DNA of 32,000 nucleotides, from the NCBI GenBank assembly GCA_028700115.1, contig JAQVTI010000010.1, positions 4,528 to 36,527 on the forward strand. The letters are read 5' to 3'. Below, piece by piece: positions 1 to 7,902 of the stretch. The translations under genes and the position numbers were made by a program. Within the stretch, counting starts at the first letter, position 1. Each line of letters begins with the position of its first letter. The notes under the pieces are model-generated. The model had not been told where the DNA came from and did no database searches. It saw only the letters and a program-made list of their open reading frames with translations. The DNA is from Candidatus Iainarchaeum sp. Its GTDB lineage: Archaea > Iainarchaeota > Iainarchaeia > Iainarchaeales > CSSED10-239.

Positions 1-834
1 ATTTTAGAGAAAATAAAAGAAGATGGTTCAGATTTAGTTTTTACTCTTCCTGATGGAGAAACTAAACTTTATAGAGAAATTGAATATATTGATACAAGTG
101 ATGAGATTTTAGTTTGGGTAAATATACCTTATATAGATGATGAATTTGGAACTTTAATTTACATGTATTTTGGAAACTCTTTAGGTGATGAAGAAAACAC
201 AACAAAGACATGGAACAAAGATTATGTTTTAGTTCAACATCTAAATGAAACAAGTGGAACAATTTATGATTCTACAAAATATGATAATGATGCAACTAAT
301 TATAGTGCAACTAGTGGAGCAACTGGACAAATTGGAAAAGCTTATTTTTTTAATGGAAGTTTATCATATTTAACAATACCATCAACTACAATAGAAGAAA
401 ATGGAACTGTTTCTTTATGGATGGATATTAGTAATGCTACTAGTACACAATACTTTCTAGGAGGACCAGGCCAAGGGATAAGATATAATGGAACTTCTTT
501 TTTGGTATTTAATGGTGGAAGTGAATGGGTTGCTTTAAATTGGAACAAAACAGGATATACTTGGATTAATTTATATATTAAAAGAATAAATGCAAATGAT
601 TACAAAATTTATGTGAATGGAACAGAGATTGGAAACTCAATTGCAGGAAACACAGGAACAGATATAAGTTTAAACTTAATTGGAAAAAGATCAGATGGTT
701 ATTATTTTAATGGAAGTTTAGATGAAATAAAAATTTCAAATAAATCAAAAAGTGAAGAATGGATAAAAACAGAATATATAAATCAAAATAATCCTTTAGA
801 GTTTTATGGAGTTGGTGAAATTGAAACTAACTAA
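1..834 (+). CDS. DUF2341 + LamG (concanavalin-A-like lectin) domain surface protein, 5' end cut by window edge
   Basis: Frame 1 is open from base 1. ILEKIKEDGSDLVFTLPDGETKLYREIEYIDTSDEILVWVNIPYIDDEFGTLIYMYFGNS matches the DUF2341 pattern (DGsDirF ... VWVkvP ... iYmYyGN). LamG/Laminin_G_3-type motifs follow (GKAYFFNGSLSYLTIP; YYFNGSLDEIKISNKSKSEEWIKTEY). Stop is TAA at 832-834. Confidence 0.8.
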   Translation: MLEKIKEDGSDLVFTLPDGETKLYREIEYIDTSDEILVWVNIPYIDDEFGTLIYMYFGNSLGDEENTTKTWNKDYVLVQHLNETSGTIYDSTKYDNDATNYSATSGATGQIGKAYFFNGSLSYLTIPSTTIEENGTVSLWMDISNATSTQYFLGGPGQGIRYNGTSFLVFNGGSEWVALNWNKTGYTWINLYIKRINANDYKIYVNGTEIGNSIAGNTGTDISLNLIGKRSDGYYFNGSLDEIKISNKSKSEEWIKTEYINQNNPLEFYGVGEIETN

Positions 835-835
835 A

Positions 836-1345
836 ATGTATAAAAATCAAAAAGGACTATCAAGTATATTTTCATATATTTTTTATATTTTAATAGGGCT
901 TTCTATTTTATCTATAGTTTTAATGCAAGGAAATCAAATTATTAAAAAAAATGAAGAAAGATATGCATATGAAAAAACTATAGAAAATGTAAATAAAATT
1001 TATGAAACAATAAATAATACATCAACAAATAAAGGAAATAATATTACACAACAGATATATATCCCTTTTGAAATTGAAATAGATTGTTCTAATAATAAAA
1101 TATTTGGAAAAGTAGAATATTCTTCTAACTTTAAAGACGGAAATATAGAAATACAAGGAATTAATATTTATAGAAAATATAACCAAATATATTTTGAAAA
1201 AAATATAAACTTACCAATAAATTTAGATTGTAATACATTAATTTTAAATAAAGGAAATAAAAATTTAGAATTTATTTATAAAAATTATGATATATCTACA
1301 GAACAAATAAATATAGATATAAAATATATTGACTTTACAAAATAA
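836..1345 (+). CDS. small pilin-like protein with a class III (type IV pilin-like) signal peptide candidate
   Basis: ATG at 836 lies 1 nt after the upstream stop; the track's 806 start would overlap the upstream gene. N-terminus MYKNQKG/LSSIFSYIFYILIGLSILSIVL has a basic head, K-G, then a hydrophobic helix, fitting the archaeal prepilin motif [KR][GA][hydrophobic]. The rest is N/I/K-rich with no recognisable domain. Confidence 0.55.
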   Translation: MYKNQKGLSSIFSYIFYILIGLSILSIVLMQGNQIIKKNEERYAYEKTIENVNKIYETINNTSTNKGNNITQQIYIPFEIEIDCSNNKIFGKVEYSSNFKDGNIEIQGINIYRKYNQIYFEKNINLPINLDCNTLILNKGNKNLEFIYKNYDISTEQINIDIKYIDFTK

Positions 1346-1354
1346 AGATAAACT

Positions 1355-4276
1355 ATGAATTTAAAAAATAAAGCTGGAATAATTCCTTTAGTAACAGGAG
1401 TAATAATTACTTTAATATCTATAATTATAGCAGGGATTATAATTTCATTTGCATCAGATTATTTTGGAAGTTTAGAAGACATACAAAATTATAATAATAA
1501 CAAGAATAATTTAGAATATATTAATAATGTATTAAATGATTTATCAAGTAAAGGAGAAGGAAGTTATAAACTAATAGATTTAGACCCTACAAATATTATA
1601 ACATTTAATCAAACAGAAAATAACATTACAATTACACAAATTGTAAAAAATAATAATTTTTATAAAAAACAAGATGAAAATAAACAAATTGGAAATTTAA
1701 ATATTTCTAAAGAAAATATGAAATTAATTTTTACTTTAGACTTAAACAATATAGTTGATTTAAATAACTCAATAGATATTACAAGTACAAGACAAAAAGT
1801 TAAATTTGAAGTAGCTGATGATTCTTCTAGTTCTTTTAAAATTGCAGTTAATAGAGAAGATGCAGTAGTTTCTGAAGAAATACAAATTATTTTAGAAGAT
1901 GCAAGTCCTGCTCTTTCAAATGTTTCTTCAGGGACCTATTATTCCGAACAAACAATTACTTTAACCTCTTTAACTGAAAGTTCTACAATTTATTATACTT
2001 TAGATGGATCAACACCTACTGATTCTTCAACAGAATATACAACTTCATTTTCTTTAACAGAAACAACTACTCTAAAAACAATAACTTATAAAGAAAATTA
2101 TAATCCTTCAGAAATTACAACTTATACTTACACAATAGATATACCAACTGAACCTACTGTTTATAACCAACTATTATTTTCAAGTGAAGGCAATGATACA
2201 ACTGATGAAAACTTAGAAATAAGTTTTAGTTCAATTTCTCCAGGAGGGGTAGACACATATATAATTACAGATTGGAGAAAAGACAATAGTTCAATGTGGC
2301 TTATAAACACACCTTTTGATAAACAAGTATCAGGATATACCTCTGGAAATATTAAAAGTTATACAAGTTATGGAACAACATATAATGGAACTTTAGGTGC
2401 AGGATATTCTACAAGAACACCTACATGGACAACTACAAATTGTCCTTTAGGGGGTTGCTATAATTTTGATGGAAGTGATGATTACATATCATTTGGAAAT
2501 GGAAGTTTATATAATAATAAATATTTTACAACATGTGTATATATTAGACCAGACACAGTAAATAAACAACAAGGACTATTTGGACAATATGATAATCACG
2601 GAGTATATAGATATAGAGTCTATTTAAATTCAAATAATAAAATATATTTTGAAGTAGGATGTGATTATTCAAGTCCAGAATGTAGTTCTGGATGGAAAAC
2701 TACAATATATTCAAATAAAACAATAAGCGCAGGAGAAACAGCATATGTTTGTGTTACATATGATGAACAATATGCCAAAATATATATTAATGGAGACTTA
2801 GATAAATCACAAGCAGAAACTAGGCATATAGGGGCAGGATATCTTAATTATTTAGGCACAAATACATATACTCCTTCAGTTATAAAATATTCTGTATCAT
2901 ATACATTTGATGGAATCTTAGATGAATTTCTTGTAAAAGATACTGCCTATTCTGCAGAACAAATTAAACAAATGTATACAGATTTAGAATCTGGAAAACA
3001 TATAAACTCAATTGCTTCTCAAGAAACAGGAAGTGATGAACAATGGAGTGTTTATTTAACACCAACTGATCTTACAGATGAAGGAACTACAAAAGTTACA
3101 AATAATTTATATGTAGATGAAATACTAACTCCTCCTTTATCTAATTATCCTTCAGCTACATATTTTGATTCTTCAATTGATGTAAATTTATTTACTCTAA
3201 GAACAGGAAACACAATTTATTATACAACAGATGGATCAACTCCAACAGACTCATCAACTGAGTTTACAGATTTAATAAATATTTCAGAAGACATTACTCT
3301 AAAAGCAATTAACTATAAAGGAAGTCTGACACCTTCAAGTGTTTCTACATTTAATTATTCTTTTGCAACTTTAGATTTATCAAATATTTTATTATCTTCA
3401 AGTTCTGATACAAACACATCTAGTGAAGATTTAAATATAACATATACAATAAACAACCCTAATAGCTATACAGATGTAACAGTTATTACAGATTGGAAAA
3501 AGAATGGAAACTCAATTGCTGTTTTAAATATGCCTTTTGATGTAAATATATCTAATTCAAATTATAAAAATGTAAAAGATTATTCAGATAATTTAAATCA
3601 TGCAACTCTTGGAGATGGAGATAGTAATAACTCACCTACTTGGACAAACTCATCTAGTTGTAAGGTTGGAGGATGTTATGATTTTGATGGGGTAAATGAT
3701 ACAATAAATATAGAAAATGAAAGTGATTTTGATTTTACAAATGCATTTACATTATCTGCATGGATATATCCTAGAGACTTAACTGCTTCAAAAGCAATAT
3801 TTAGAAAAGACTCTGCATATATATTATATTTATCTACAGGTTTAGATTTATATAACTGGGCAGATTCAACAAGACTTATTTGTGATATATCAAATATAAC
3901 TGTAAATACATGGCAATTAGTTACTGCTACTTGGGATGGAACTACTAAGAAAATATATGTAGATGGAACTTTGTGTAATTCTCTTACAGATTCAACAAAT
4001 TTTAATACAACTGATAATGATATAAGAATAGGATCTTCTTCAACAGTAGGTATGAATTTTGATGGGTTAATTGATGAAGCTTTAGTTTTAGATTTTGCAC
4101 TTACACAAGATCAAATTACTGCTCTTTATAATGCAGGTGTTGCAGGAAAACATTTAGAAACAATTGATTCAAGTGAAACAACTTCTGGAGAAGAATGGAG
4201 TGCAAATTTATTTGTTACAACTAATCAGTCTTCAAAAAGTGCAGACGAATCAAATAGCATAACTATCTTACCTTAG
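1355..4276 (+). CDS. 973-aa surface/adhesin-like protein: pilin-like N-terminal anchor plus two tandem [chitobiase-C/FN3-associated-like + LamG] modules
   Basis: N-terminus is MNLKNKAGIIPLVTGVIITLISIIIAGIIISF. The CHB_HEX_C-type motif occurs twice (TIYYTLDGSTPTDSSTEYT; TIYYTTDGSTPTDSSTEFT). LamG/Laminin_G_3 motifs also occur twice (GGCYNFDGSDDYISFGN ... FDGILDEFLVKDTAYSAEQIKQMY; GGCYDFDGVNDTINIEN ... FDGLIDEALVLDFALTQDQITALY). A 2.9-kb ORF is very unlikely by chance in AT-rich DNA. Stop is TAG. Confidence 0.85.
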   Translation: MNLKNKAGIIPLVTGVIITLISIIIAGIIISFASDYFGSLEDIQNYNNNKNNLEYINNVLNDLSSKGEGSYKLIDLDPTNIITFNQTENNITITQIVKNNNFYKKQDENKQIGNLNISKENMKLIFTLDLNNIVDLNNSIDITSTRQKVKFEVADDSSSSFKIAVNREDAVVSEEIQIILEDASPALSNVSSGTYYSEQTITLTSLTESSTIYYTLDGSTPTDSSTEYTTSFSLTETTTLKTITYKENYNPSEITTYTYTIDIPTEPTVYNQLLFSSEGNDTTDENLEISFSSISPGGVDTYIITDWRKDNSSMWLINTPFDKQVSGYTSGNIKSYTSYGTTYNGTLGAGYSTRTPTWTTTNCPLGGCYNFDGSDDYISFGNGSLYNNKYFTTCVYIRPDTVNKQQGLFGQYDNHGVYRYRVYLNSNNKIYFEVGCDYSSPECSSGWKTTIYSNKTISAGETAYVCVTYDEQYAKIYINGDLDKSQAETRHIGAGYLNYLGTNTYTPSVIKYSVSYTFDGILDEFLVKDTAYSAEQIKQMYTDLESGKHINSIASQETGSDEQWSVYLTPTDLTDEGTTKVTNNLYVDEILTPPLSNYPSATYFDSSIDVNLFTLRTGNTIYYTTDGSTPTDSSTEFTDLINISEDITLKAINYKGSLTPSSVSTFNYSFATLDLSNILLSSSSDTNTSSEDLNITYTINNPNSYTDVTVITDWKKNGNSIAVLNMPFDVNISNSNYKNVKDYSDNLNHATLGDGDSNNSPTWTNSSSCKVGGCYDFDGVNDTINIENESDFDFTNAFTLSAWIYPRDLTASKAIFRKDSAYILYLSTGLDLYNWADSTRLICDISNITVNTWQLVTATWDGTTKKIYVDGTLCNSLTDSTNFNTTDNDIRIGSSSTVGMNFDGLIDEALVLDFALTQDQITALYNAGVAGKHLETIDSSETTSGEEWSANLFVTTNQSSKSADESNSITILP
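1895..3070 (+). repeat. internal duplication, module A of the 973-aa protein (approximate bounds)
   Basis: Shares ordered motifs with module B: S.TY(Y/F) ... TIYYT.DGSTPTDSSTE.T ... ITDW(R/K)K ... PFD ... GGCY.FDG ... FDG..DE.LV.D.A ... GKH..(S/T)I.S.ET.S.E.WS. Bounds were read by eye. Confidence 0.6.
3125..4220 (+). repeat. internal duplication, module B of the 973-aa protein (approximate bounds)
   Basis: Carries the same ordered motif series as module A. The copies are diverged at both protein and DNA level. Confidence 0.6.
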
Positions 4277-4334
4277 AATAATAACACATAATAATTTAAA
4301 TTAAAATTTATAAAAAAACAAAATGTGAACAAAA

Positions 4335-4901
4335 ATGATACCTACAGAAAAACAAGCAATTGAAATTCTTAAAAAATATATTAAAGGAAAAGCTAATTTA
4401 GAACATAATTTAATTGTTGGATATGGAATGAAAGGAATTTCTAAATTTCTTGGAAAAAAAGAAGATGAACAAAATAGATTTTTTGTAATTGGTACTCTTC
4501 ATGATATTGATTTAGAAAAATACAATGGAAATATAAAAAATCATTGTGTAGTTGGAGAAGAAATCTTAAATAAAGAAAATATAGATAAAGAAATCATTAG
4601 AACAATTAAAACACATAATGAAATTTTAGGAATAAAAAAAGAAAAAGAAGAAGACCATTTACTTTTCTCAATAGATGGGCTTTCTGGAATTATTAGAGCA
4701 TATGTTTTAATGAGACCAGATAGAGATATTACACAAGCTAAACTTAAATCTATTAAAAAAAAACTAAAAGACAAAGGATTTGCTGCAAATGTTTCTAGAG
4801 AAGAAATATATTATGCTCCTGATCTTTTAAAAATTGAAAGAGACAAATTTATTGAAGCTGTTTTAGAAGAAGTTAAAAACAATATGGACTTTAGAGAATG
4901 A
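4335..4901 (+). CDS. HD-superfamily metal-dependent phosphohydrolase (COG2316-like)
   Basis: Contains H ... HD motifs (LEHNLIVGYGMKG ... IGTLHDIDLEKY ... KNHCVVGEEIL ... IKTHNE). The C-terminal FAANVSREEI region is typical of this small HD hydrolase family. Confidence 0.65.
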   Translation: MIPTEKQAIEILKKYIKGKANLEHNLIVGYGMKGISKFLGKKEDEQNRFFVIGTLHDIDLEKYNGNIKNHCVVGEEILNKENIDKEIIRTIKTHNEILGIKKEKEEDHLLFSIDGLSGIIRAYVLMRPDRDITQAKLKSIKKKLKDKGFAANVSREEIYYAPDLLKIERDKFIEAVLEEVKNNMDFRE

Positions 4902-4907
4902 TTAAAA

Positions 4908-5180
4908 ATGGCAAAACCAATTAATATTAATTGTAGAAAACAAATACCTACTCTAAAAATTAAAGAACTTAAAAAAGTTTATAATAAATTAGGATTTGTA
5001 GAAGACGAACAAAGACATAGACATATTATTTTTAAAGATAAAAATGGAAAACAACTTATCTTAATGAAAGGACAAAAAGACATACCTTCAGGTACATTAA
5101 TGCAAATAATTACAGAAATGGCAAAAGAAACAGGAAAAACTAAAAAAGAAATAATTGAGTTTATTATGAAACATAAATAA
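4908..5180 (+). CDS. HicA-like (YcfA family) small protein, possible mRNA interferase toxin homolog
   Basis: LKIKELKKVYNKLGFVEDEQRHRHIIFKDKNGKQLILMKGQKDIPSGTLMQIITEMA follows the HicA pattern (k..e.ik.L.k.Gf...rq.GSHh.f.....g....vp.h..dl..gTl..Il.qag). Starts 6 nt after the HD gene stop. No HicB-like partner was seen. Confidence 0.5.
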   Translation: MAKPININCRKQIPTLKIKELKKVYNKLGFVEDEQRHRHIIFKDKNGKQLILMKGQKDIPSGTLMQIITEMAKETGKTKKEIIEFIMKHK

Positions 5181-5204
5181 ACTCTTTTTAACAAATTTTA
5201 CAAA

Positions 5205-6605
5205 CTATTTAGAAGAAAGTGCAATATGCACATCATCTAATTGTTTTTCGAATACCTCATTTGGAGCATTTTCCATTAAAGAAACACCTGACTTTGTTTT
5301 TGGAAAGGCTATGAAGTCTTTTATTGAGTCTTTTCCTTTAAGTAGCATCAAAAGTCTATCAATACCTATTGCAAAACCACCATGTGGAGGAGCTCCAAAA
5401 GTAAAGGCATCTAATAAGAAACCAAACTTGTTTCTTGCTTCTTTATCTGAAAGACCTAATATATTAAATATATTTTTTTGTTTTAAAGGATCATGTATTC
5501 TGATCCCCCCAGAACCAAGCTCAACACCATTTAAAACAAGATCAAAACTTTCTGAGTCTAGTTTTAGATAATCTTCTTTAGTTTTACAAGAATCTAATTT
5601 TTCCCATGAATCCTCAGTTGCTTGAGTAAATGGATGATGAGCAGAAACTACTCTATTTTCAGTTTCATTCATTTCAAATAATGGGAAGTTATCAACCCAT
5701 ACAAATGCAAACTCTTTAGGATCATTTGTATCTTTTCTTGTATCTGGTTTATCACATTTATATTTTTCCATAGACTCTTTATATGAGATATGTGGAAAAG
5801 GAGTTTTTAGATCAACATCTAAAACCTCTTTAAACATTACTTTTAGCATATCTTCAAAAAGCTCTTGAATATCTTCCTTTGTAATAAATGACATCTCTAA
5901 ATCTAATTGAGTAAACTCAGGTTGCCTGTCTCCTCTTAAATCTTCATCTCTTAGACATTTTGCTAATTGGTAATATCTATCAAAACCAGCAACCATTAAA
6001 CTTTGTTTGTAAACTTGAGGAGATTGCGGAAGAGAATAAAACATATGTTTATGAATTCTACTTGGAACTATAAAATCTCTTGCTCCTTCAGGAGTACTTC
6101 TACAAAGCATAGGTGTATCTACATCTAAAAACTTTTTAGAATCTAAATATTTTCTAATTGAAGAAATTACTTTTTGTTTAAAAATAAAAGTATCTGTCAT
6201 TTCTTTTCTTCTTAGATCTAAATATCTGTATTTTAATCTAGTTTCTTCATTTGCTTTTAATTCTCCAGAAACTTCAACAGGTAAATCTTTACATTTATTT
6301 AAAACTTCTATTTCTTTTGTTAAAACTTCAATTTCACCAGTCTCAAGATTAGGATTTATTTTTGGTTTTACTTGAACATCTCCTTTTATCTTAATTACAT
6401 ATTCACTTTTTAGATCTGCTAAAAAATCTAGCTTTTCAATTAAGTCTTTTAAAATTATAACTTGAGTAATTCCATATCTATCTCTTAGATCAATAAACAT
6501 TATGTTTTTTCCTGCTTTTCTTACAGAATTTATCCAACCACATAAAATTACTTCTTTATTTTCATCATCTTTTCTAAGTTCACCACATGTATGTGTTCTA
6601 AGCAT
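5205..6605 (-). CDS. aspS: aspartyl-tRNA synthetase, bacterial-type sequence but lacking the GAD insertion domain
   Basis: N-terminus MLRTHTCGELR ... LCGWINSVRKAGKNIMFIDLRDRYGITQV. Motif 2 region QSPQVYKQSLMVAGFDRYYQLAKCLRDEDLRGDRQPEFTQLDLEMSF. Motif 3 region GAPPHGGFAIGIDRLLMLLKGKDSIKDFIAFPKT. GGTGAT Shine-Dalgarno lies 6 nt upstream of the ATG. Confidence 0.93.
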   Translation of the reverse strand: MLRTHTCGELRKDDENKEVILCGWINSVRKAGKNIMFIDLRDRYGITQVIILKDLIEKLDFLADLKSEYVIKIKGDVQVKPKINPNLETGEIEVLTKEIEVLNKCKDLPVEVSGELKANEETRLKYRYLDLRRKEMTDTFIFKQKVISSIRKYLDSKKFLDVDTPMLCRSTPEGARDFIVPSRIHKHMFYSLPQSPQVYKQSLMVAGFDRYYQLAKCLRDEDLRGDRQPEFTQLDLEMSFITKEDIQELFEDMLKVMFKEVLDVDLKTPFPHISYKESMEKYKCDKPDTRKDTNDPKEFAFVWVDNFPLFEMNETENRVVSAHHPFTQATEDSWEKLDSCKTKEDYLKLDSESFDLVLNGVELGSGGIRIHDPLKQKNIFNILGLSDKEARNKFGFLLDAFTFGAPPHGGFAIGIDRLLMLLKGKDSIKDFIAFPKTKSGVSLMENAPNEVFEKQLDDVHIALSSK

Positions 6606-6754
6606 TTAAAATCACCTTAAATATAATATATATTATATAGAAAAGTGTTTATAAAAATACTTGTTTTTAATAGAAAATAGATATAATCTTTTAATAAAAA
6701 AGAATAATTTATATATAGTCTATTAGTAAAAGACAATATCCATATTAAAAAAAA

Positions 6755-7852
6755 CTAAAATAAAGAGAAAAAGAAATTTTTTAAAATATCAAAAATATAA
6801 ACTTCAGTAAAAACTCCAACAAATAAGAAACCAATTGCAAAAGCTAATAAAATAAAACAATATTTTATAATATTAATAAATCTATCAGACTCAATTTTTT
6901 CCTTAGAAATTCCAACTGAAAGCAAATTACCACTCATTGCTCCTAAAAAATAAGATATTATTTCTAAAATCATATGTGGCAAAACACTTAAAAGTAAAGG
7001 AATTAGGAATGCAAAAAATCCAGTTTGATAAAACAAAGCATAAGTTAAAGAATATTGAGTAAAAACAACACCCCAGTAAACTGCATTCCAAACAATTATT
7101 AAAATTGCCCCTAATGGAAACACTAAGGCAATTATTAAAGCAACAAGCATTACTGAGAAATTATTTACAAAAATATCTAAAAATACAGATTGTTTTGATT
7201 GGTTTGAAAAACCTATATCTTTTGATGGAAGTAAAGAATCATTCCAACCATTTGAAGAAAATAAAGATGAAGAATATTCTTGAGGAATAAAAGCTACTAA
7301 AGAAATTACAACTAGAAATATTCCTAAAAAAAAATTTAAATAAACAGAAAGAATTTCTTTATTTTCATAATATAATTGTTTAAAAGAAAGATCAATTTTA
7401 TTTGAAAAACTAGGTTTAAATTTAAATAAAGTTATACCTTTACTTTCTACTCTCTCTGTTCTTCCAACTAAAAGTTCATTATATCTTATTTGCTTTTGTA
7501 TAAATGGAGCTAGAAACAAAGTTGTTAAAAAAACAGCAAAAACACCTGGGTTGTTTGGAAAAAGTAAAATTGCAAAACAAAAACCTACCATTGTTCCTAA
7601 AATTGCAAAATAAAGAGACTTTAAATTTCTAGGCAAATCATCTGCTAATCTTTCAGGTATACTTTTTATATAATCTAAAATCTCTAAAAATTTGTTTTTT
7701 ACAATATGCTTTTTTGGTCTAAAAGCTTTACTATAATCATGATTATTCTTTTTTTTCTTTTTTGGTTTTTCTGAAAAACCATCTAAACCTTCTGAGAAAC
7801 TTATATTTGTATTTAACTCTTTTAAAGACATTTTAGATTTTTTTAAAGCCAT
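6755..7852 (-). CDS. multi-pass membrane protein, SpoIIM/DUF95-like
   Basis: Has about 6 hydrophobic helices. The C-terminal motif LPHMILEIISYFLGAMSG resembles the SpoIIM/DUF95 signature (PHGifElpai.laga.G). The N-terminal ~70 aa are K-rich and soluble. Confidence 0.5.
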   Translation of the reverse strand: MALKKSKMSLKELNTNISFSEGLDGFSEKPKKKKKNNHDYSKAFRPKKHIVKNKFLEILDYIKSIPERLADDLPRNLKSLYFAILGTMVGFCFAILLFPNNPGVFAVFLTTLFLAPFIQKQIRYNELLVGRTERVESKGITLFKFKPSFSNKIDLSFKQLYYENKEILSVYLNFFLGIFLVVISLVAFIPQEYSSSLFSSNGWNDSLLPSKDIGFSNQSKQSVFLDIFVNNFSVMLVALIIALVFPLGAILIIVWNAVYWGVVFTQYSLTYALFYQTGFFAFLIPLLLSVLPHMILEIISYFLGAMSGNLLSVGISKEKIESDRFINIIKYCFILLAFAIGFLFVGVFTEVYIFDILKNFFFSLF

Positions 7853-7902
7853 AATAATTTATGAACACAGAAACTTATAAAAAGAGAACTTTTTATTTAA
7901 AA

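Noticed and set aside
62-548. Minus-strand ORFs 62..262 and 342..548
   Set aside because: They lie antisense inside the confidently coding DUF2341/LamG gene. Their low-complexity L/H/K-rich translations show no motifs, so they are shadow ORFs.
806-835. Track start at 806 for the small pilin-like gene
   Set aside because: It would overlap the upstream gene by 29 nt and bury the basic-head/K-G/hydrophobic N-terminus. The ATG at 836 gives a canonical pilin-like leader.
4541-5571. ORFs 4541..4774(-), 4979..5194(-) and 5311..5571(+)
   Set aside because: Each lies fully antisense to a gene with clear family motifs (HD hydrolase, HicA-like, AspRS), so they are shadow ORFs.
7105-7290. Plus-strand ORF 7105..7290
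   Set aside because: It is antisense within the SpoIIM-like membrane protein gene and has no start context or motif.
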